From Candidatus Altimarinota bacterium (GTDB taxonomy: Bacteria > Patescibacteriota > Gracilibacteria > CAIRYL01): DNA of 64,000 nucleotides. Below, piece after piece: positions 59,600 through 64,000 of the stretch. Both the position numbers and the translations under genes were made by a program. Where the stretch lies: positions 128,001 through 192,000 of the forward strand of contig OZ252287.1 of the NCBI GenBank assembly GCA_965250085.1, read 5' to 3'. The notes below the pieces were generated by a model, which saw only the letters and a program-made list of their open reading frames with translations, did not search any database and was not told the DNA's origin. Every line of letters begins with the position of its first letter. Position 1 is the stretch's first letter.

Positions 59600-61042
59600 C
59601 TACGCAAACATTCGATCCCAAAGGATGTATTTGAGGCGCTTGAATCCCCTTTTCTTTCGTTCTGGAGAAAGTGCGACCGCGCATGCTCCCCAAAACAAGA
59701 GAGACACTACAGAGCTTTCCCATGAATGGAGCTTGAGACACATAATAGAAATTCCAATCAAGCTACAAAAGAGTGCCTGAGCTCTCCAAGTTTGCTTTCT
59801 GAGCAACTCCTTTCCCAGGAAGAATACAATTCCAAAAAATAAAAATAATCCTGGCCAACCAGTATCAATACCTACTTGTAGATACCAGCTTTCCGGAATA
59901 AAACCAATGCGATTTTCATAAAATCGTGTAGAAGCAGGTCCAGAATCACCCAAGCCGGTTCCCAATGGATGCATTATAATATGTCTCAGGCCGTCACGAC
60001 TGCGTTCAAAATGCCCTTGAGAAGATGAGGCCCGATATACTACTTGGCAAAAAGCACGAGTGAGAAGACCGTGCTCTTGTTGCTCATCGATTTGCTCAAA
60101 ATTAGAAAAGACTCCACAGGTTTCGCTATATGGTCTGGGGACAGCAATAAACAGTGCTGCTATCATCAAAAAACCAAGAGCTCCTCCGCTCCATAAAAGA
60201 TATCGAAACCACTTCTGATGTCTAAACAGGAACAGAAAGGCAAGCGCTAAAGCGACCAGCATGCCTCCCCATGCAGCTCGAGAGTATGCAAATATAAGAC
60301 AAAAAATACCCAAACAAAAGAGGGTCATTCCAAAGGCTCTGAAAGATGCGTTTTTTCTGATTTCCTTTTTCCTTTTATATTGATGAAATGTGAGAAAAAA
60401 AGTGAGAGGTAATATCAAGAGGAGATATGCTCCAAATTGATTAGGACCACTCAAAAACGACTGCAATCGGCATGTGTCAGTAAAAGAGATCTTCTGGCAA
60501 TAGGAAACCGGTGAACCAGGATCAAAAACACTAAATTCAGGGGTATATCCAAAATGCGTCAAAAAATCTTGTGGAAGAAATTTTTGAAATACTCCAAAAA
60601 GTACTACTCCCGCCCCTGTAAAAACCACGAGCCGGAAAATGCCAGATTTCTCACTTTTTGAAAAAGGAACATGCCGAAGAACTAGAAAAAAGACAAGGAA
60701 TGATAGTGAATAGCGTGCTCCCCAAAGAATGCGCACAATGTCGTCTTGCCAACGGACAAGCCCTGTTATGAGTGACCAGCTCACATAAAGAATGATAAAC
60801 AGGTCAAGAATATCTAACTTTGGAAAGGGAATCTTTTTTTGTAAAAATTGCATCCCAATAAAAACTATCAAAATACCTGCTAAAATCTCTTTCCATGCAG
60901 AGAGCAAAAGTGGCGGACTTGTAGCAATGTCAAAAAATATTGCATTTACGGTTGTTACCAAAAATGCATGGAAAGGGAGGAATGCAAAGATAATTGCCAA
61001 GAGAAGAAAAGGGATGTTTTTCGTATTCATACTTCGCACCAC
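59600..61042 (-). CDS. O-antigen ligase (WaaL/Wzy_C-like) membrane protein
   Basis: Multi-TM; RLQSFLSGPNQFG, YSRAAW, HPLGTGLG, ESWYLQ. Confidence 0.85.
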   Translation of the reverse strand: MVRSMNTKNIPFLLLAIIFAFLPFHAFLVTTVNAIFFDIATSPPLLLSAWKEILAGILIVFIGMQFLQKKIPFPKLDILDLFIILYVSWSLITGLVRWQDDIVRILWGARYSLSFLVFFLVLRHVPFSKSEKSGIFRLVVFTGAGVVLFGVFQKFLPQDFLTHFGYTPEFSVFDPGSPVSYCQKISFTDTCRLQSFLSGPNQFGAYLLLILPLTFFLTFHQYKRKKEIRKNASFRAFGMTLFCLGIFCLIFAYSRAAWGGMLVALALAFLFLFRHQKWFRYLLWSGGALGFLMIAALFIAVPRPYSETCGVFSNFEQIDEQQEHGLLTRAFCQVVYRASSSQGHFERSRDGLRHIIMHPLGTGLGDSGPASTRFYENRIGFIPESWYLQVGIDTGWPGLFLFFGIVFFLGKELLRKQTWRAQALFCSLIGISIMCLKLHSWESSVVSLLFWGACAVALSPERKKRGFKRLKYILWDRMFA

Positions 61043-61193
61043 ATTGTTTCAAAAAATATTTCAAGAGAAAAGAAAGAAAGCAGTTTTTGTTTTACATATT
61101 TCTATTTTCTTGTCGAGGGTGTTTGATTGCGAAAAAGTCATTTTTTCTGGTATAATGACGGGATACTTCAAAAAAATAAAAACACATACCACT

Positions 61194-62351
61194 ATGAAGA
61201 AAACATTCTTTCTTTTTCTCCTCAGCATCATCGCGACCTGGAGCATGTCTCCTTCCACTCTTGGAGCGGAAGCCACTGATATAGCGTTTTCAGTAGATTG
61301 TACTGAAGAAAACATGTCCGAATGTAATCTGCTCACAGGAAATGAAACCAGAGTAGAGCTTCCCATGCCACTCAGCCAGGGAGATCGGTTTACACTCCAG
61401 TTATTTGTCCTGAATCCTGAACAGAAAGACATTGTTACTGTGAGATCATGGATTTCATATGATTCTGCTTTGATAAAGGCCATTGAGCTTTCTGACACTG
61501 GGTCCGATTTTCCACTTGCAGCTCCTGATGGAAATGAAATTGATGAAGAATTCGGACAGGTAAAAATTGGAAGAGGAGTTGCTGGAGGAGGAGTGAATCA
61601 AGAGAAGCTCTTTATCGCTCATGTGACATTTGAAATTGCTTCTGCACAAGCTCGAGATGCCAAGATATCATTTGTAAATTTCCAAAAAGAAGAACTCGGA
61701 GAAACAGGAGTGTTTATCCTTGATAAAGCCACATTTCAGCCAGAAAACATTCTTATAGAAGAACCGCGATATGTGAGACTGATTCTCAACGGAGGAGTGC
61801 AGAAACCAACAAATACTCCTAAACCTCCTCAAGAAAATAATGTTTCCGAGCAAAAACCACAAGATCAAGAGTCTAATATATTACTCCCAAAATTAGATCG
61901 CCCTGAGAACCTGAGAGTACAAGCAAAATCTGGGAGTACTCATCTCATTTGGCAACTTTCATCTGATCCAAATACAAAGGGATACTACGTATATTATTCT
62001 GAGAACTCTGGTTTTTACATTAGAAGAAGTGATGTAGGTTTCACCAATCACAAAGAATTTACAGATTTGAATCGAAACAGGACATACTATTTTGCCGTTA
62101 CTGCATATGATTCAAATGGTCAGGAAAGTGACTATTCTGATGAAGTTTCTGCAATACACGGAGTTCCTGGAAGTGAAAGTCATCCTTTTACTCTTCAAGG
62201 AGGTGAAGTCAATCATGTTTTAACAGACACATCGCAAGCTCTCGACGAAAGCGGACCTGCTGAAGCGATGCAGATCGCCTTTGGAGTCCTTGGTATATCT
62301 GTACTTTTTGGAATGTTTTTACGACGCAAACTCTTCTTTCCCTTCTCATAA
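61194..62351 (+). CDS. Surface protein: cohesin-like domain plus FN3, C-terminal SGP-TM-basic anchor
   Basis: Signal peptide; WISYDSALI; YYFAVTAYDSNGQESDYS; LDESGP plus TM plus RRK. Confidence 0.8.
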   Translation: MKKTFFLFLLSIIATWSMSPSTLGAEATDIAFSVDCTEENMSECNLLTGNETRVELPMPLSQGDRFTLQLFVLNPEQKDIVTVRSWISYDSALIKAIELSDTGSDFPLAAPDGNEIDEEFGQVKIGRGVAGGGVNQEKLFIAHVTFEIASAQARDAKISFVNFQKEELGETGVFILDKATFQPENILIEEPRYVRLILNGGVQKPTNTPKPPQENNVSEQKPQDQESNILLPKLDRPENLRVQAKSGSTHLIWQLSSDPNTKGYYVYYSENSGFYIRRSDVGFTNHKEFTDLNRNRTYYFAVTAYDSNGQESDYSDEVSAIHGVPGSESHPFTLQGGEVNHVLTDTSQALDESGPAEAMQIAFGVLGISVLFGMFLRRKLFFPFS

Positions 62352-62360
62352 TATTTTTAT

Positions 62361-63026
62361 ATGACCAACAGTAAATGGACTACTCTCGTAGAAGAGCGCA
62401 CAGAAAAAGCAAATGAAGCGATTTCTGAAATTCTCGATGAAGCCGAGGATGGTATTAAAGCTCGAAATAATAAAGCGATTGCTATGGGAATGGCAGCTAT
62501 AGGAGTTACCCTTATTGCCTTTGGGATTTCTCCACTTTTAGGCCTCAAGGCAAACATTAGTGAAGACAATATTTTCACGGAGCCAGAAGAAGTAGTAATA
62601 GTAGAACCTTCTGAAGACATAGAAGCATCAGAAGATTTGGATTCTATTTTTTCTCAACTAAAAGTAGATGAAAATATCCTTCCGGTAGACGAGAGTTTGA
62701 ACGAAGAAGGGAACGTAAATGTAGAAAATATTTTTGCTCAAGAAGCTCAGCCACTTAAAATGAACACACCAGAAGAGTTTGTCTTTTTACAAGATCTTGA
62801 TCCTGAACAAGATACTTCTCTCTTCCCACAAAACACTCATATTGGAGGGGTAGATAAAAATGTTATGGTGTTTGGAGAAAATGGAAAAACGACTATGATT
62901 CAAAATGAAAAATTGCACGCAGCAGCAGGACAAGACATGGCTGATGCTGGTCCGGAAATGTGGTTCGCCGGGATATTTGCAGTATTTGCAGCGTTTGCTT
63001 TGAGAAAAAGAAGGATCTTTGGATGA
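62361..63026 (+). CDS. Acidic membrane protein with AGP-TM-basic tail
   Basis: Internal TM near N-terminus; MADAGPE plus TM plus RKRR. Confidence 0.7.
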   Translation: MTNSKWTTLVEERTEKANEAISEILDEAEDGIKARNNKAIAMGMAAIGVTLIAFGISPLLGLKANISEDNIFTEPEEVVIVEPSEDIEASEDLDSIFSQLKVDENILPVDESLNEEGNVNVENIFAQEAQPLKMNTPEEFVFLQDLDPEQDTSLFPQNTHIGGVDKNVMVFGENGKTTMIQNEKLHAAAGQDMADAGPEMWFAGIFAVFAAFALRKRRIFG

Positions 63027-63068
63027 AGGTCATTTCCTCTTCAATTTTCTTTAAGAAAAAAGAAAGGT

Positions 63069-63644
63069 CTAGAGAGATAAAAAATTCTCTATGATTTTTT
63101 TTCCTTCAGGAGTTCCAATAGATTCTGGATGGAACTGCACTCCAAAAAATGGAAGGTTTGTATGAGATACAGCCATTATTTCCCCGTCTGATGTTTGAGC
63201 GCTCAATCGAAAGCACTTTGGCAAAGTAGCTTTTTCAGTGAGAAGAGAATGATATCTCATTGCCTTAAATGGATTTGACATATGGGCAAATATTTCTTGT
63301 CCATCATGAGATATATTGCATGTTTTTCCATGGAGTATGTTCTCGGCAGGTATAATATTGCCTCCAAATTCTAATATAATTCCCTGCATTCCAAGACAAA
63401 CTCCCAAAAGTGGAATATCGTGAATATTTTTGATGATATCTCTGCAAACTCCAAAATACTTTTTATTGGCCGGATGCCCCGGACCAGGGGAAAGAATAAT
63501 ATGTGATGGTTTTAGTCGTTGCACTTCTAAAAGCGAAATCTCATTATTTCGAAAAACCTGAGGATTTCCGCCAAGCTCCCCTACGTATTGAACGAGATTG
63601 AAAGTAAAGGAGTCAAAATTGTCGATAAGAAGAGTTTTTTTCAT
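63069..63644 (-). CDS. Anthranilate/aminodeoxychorismate synthase component II (TrpG/PabA)
   Basis: IDNFDSFTFN, SPGPG, GVCLG, RYHSL, QFHPES. Confidence 0.93.
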   Translation of the reverse strand: MKKTLLIDNFDSFTFNLVQYVGELGGNPQVFRNNEISLLEVQRLKPSHIILSPGPGHPANKKYFGVCRDIIKNIHDIPLLGVCLGMQGIILEFGGNIIPAENILHGKTCNISHDGQEIFAHMSNPFKAMRYHSLLTEKATLPKCFRLSAQTSDGEIMAVSHTNLPFFGVQFHPESIGTPEGKKIIENFLSL

Positions 63645-63979
63645 TATGTTTTAAATATTTTTTGAACTTCCTCTTTGAGTTTTTCAAAATCTGCATCAAG
63701 AGCTTCTTTTTTTCCAAAAATCATGATGAGAACTTTTGGGAGATTCGTATCTTCCTTCAGGAGAATACGTACAGCTTCTGATATTCTTCTTTTTATTTGA
63801 TTTCTGTGTACAGCTTTTGGTTCTCTTTTTAAAGTAACAGCAACAGAAGCAAGAGTCTTCTCTTCTTTGCTGGGAAGCACAAAAGCAAGAAAAAATGGAG
63901 AATGGACTTTTTTTCCTTTTTTTTTGATCATTTCAATCAGTCTTTTATTTTTCAGCCGCTGATTCTGAGGAAGAGCCAT
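63644..63979 (-). CDS. rnpA: Ribonuclease P protein component
   Basis: LPQNQRLK, KAVHRNQIKRRI (RNR-like motif). Confidence 0.88.
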   Translation of the reverse strand: MALPQNQRLKNKRLIEMIKKKGKKVHSPFFLAFVLPSKEEKTLASVAVTLKREPKAVHRNQIKRRISEAVRILLKEDTNLPKVLIMIFGKKEALDADFEKLKEEVQKIFKT

Positions 63980-64000
63980 AAACGAGTCAAAAGTAAAAAG

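Noticed and set aside
60792-61193. Extended N-terminus of the cohesin/FN3 ORF
   Set aside because: Overlaps the opposite-strand ligase gene; the signal peptide begins at ATG 61194
1-64000. UGA-to-Gly recoding (code 25, Gracilibacteria/Absconditabacteria)
   Set aside because: Long genes are intact under code 11, and trxA, clpC, rnhA and hflX end in TGA at their expected termini

Overview
AT-rich bacterial chromosomal segment using the standard code (several genes end naturally in TGA). Gene content (DUF4012 protein, lone VirB4-like ATPase, Cys-rich CxxC-x17-CxxC protein, cohesin/FN3 surface proteins, scattered single biosynthetic genes) suggests a Patescibacteria/CPR genome, possibly Peregrinibacteria-like (inference). 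The backbone carries a RelA/SpoT homolog, tRNA-Gln, dnaA, ribH, secD, rnhA, trxA, clpC (perfect CIRCE), carA, hflX, HU, ctpA, H+-PPase, yhhQ, hrcA-X-grpE, nadE, a trpG/pabA-like gene and rnpA. Accessory regions are (i) 2-5 kb next to tRNA-Gln, with an NYN RNase, an IS30 splitting an unknown gene, and candidate small RNAs, and (ii) 10-22.8 kb, with IS1595 followed by a signal-peptide RCC1 protein, a 2117-aa Sec-type SpvB/FG-GAP/YD-RHS polymorphic toxin, putative membrane immunity genes and orphan RHS-CT cassettes. Main observations: several families of ~25-40 bp palindromic mini-elements inserted in frame in the RHS genes; a membrane-anchored RSH with a degenerate synthetase site; a promoter-defined small RNA convergent on the NYN gene; two rod-shaped ncRNA candidates; SecD with a parvulin-like insert. 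All family calls come from motif recognition by eye, with no database searches.
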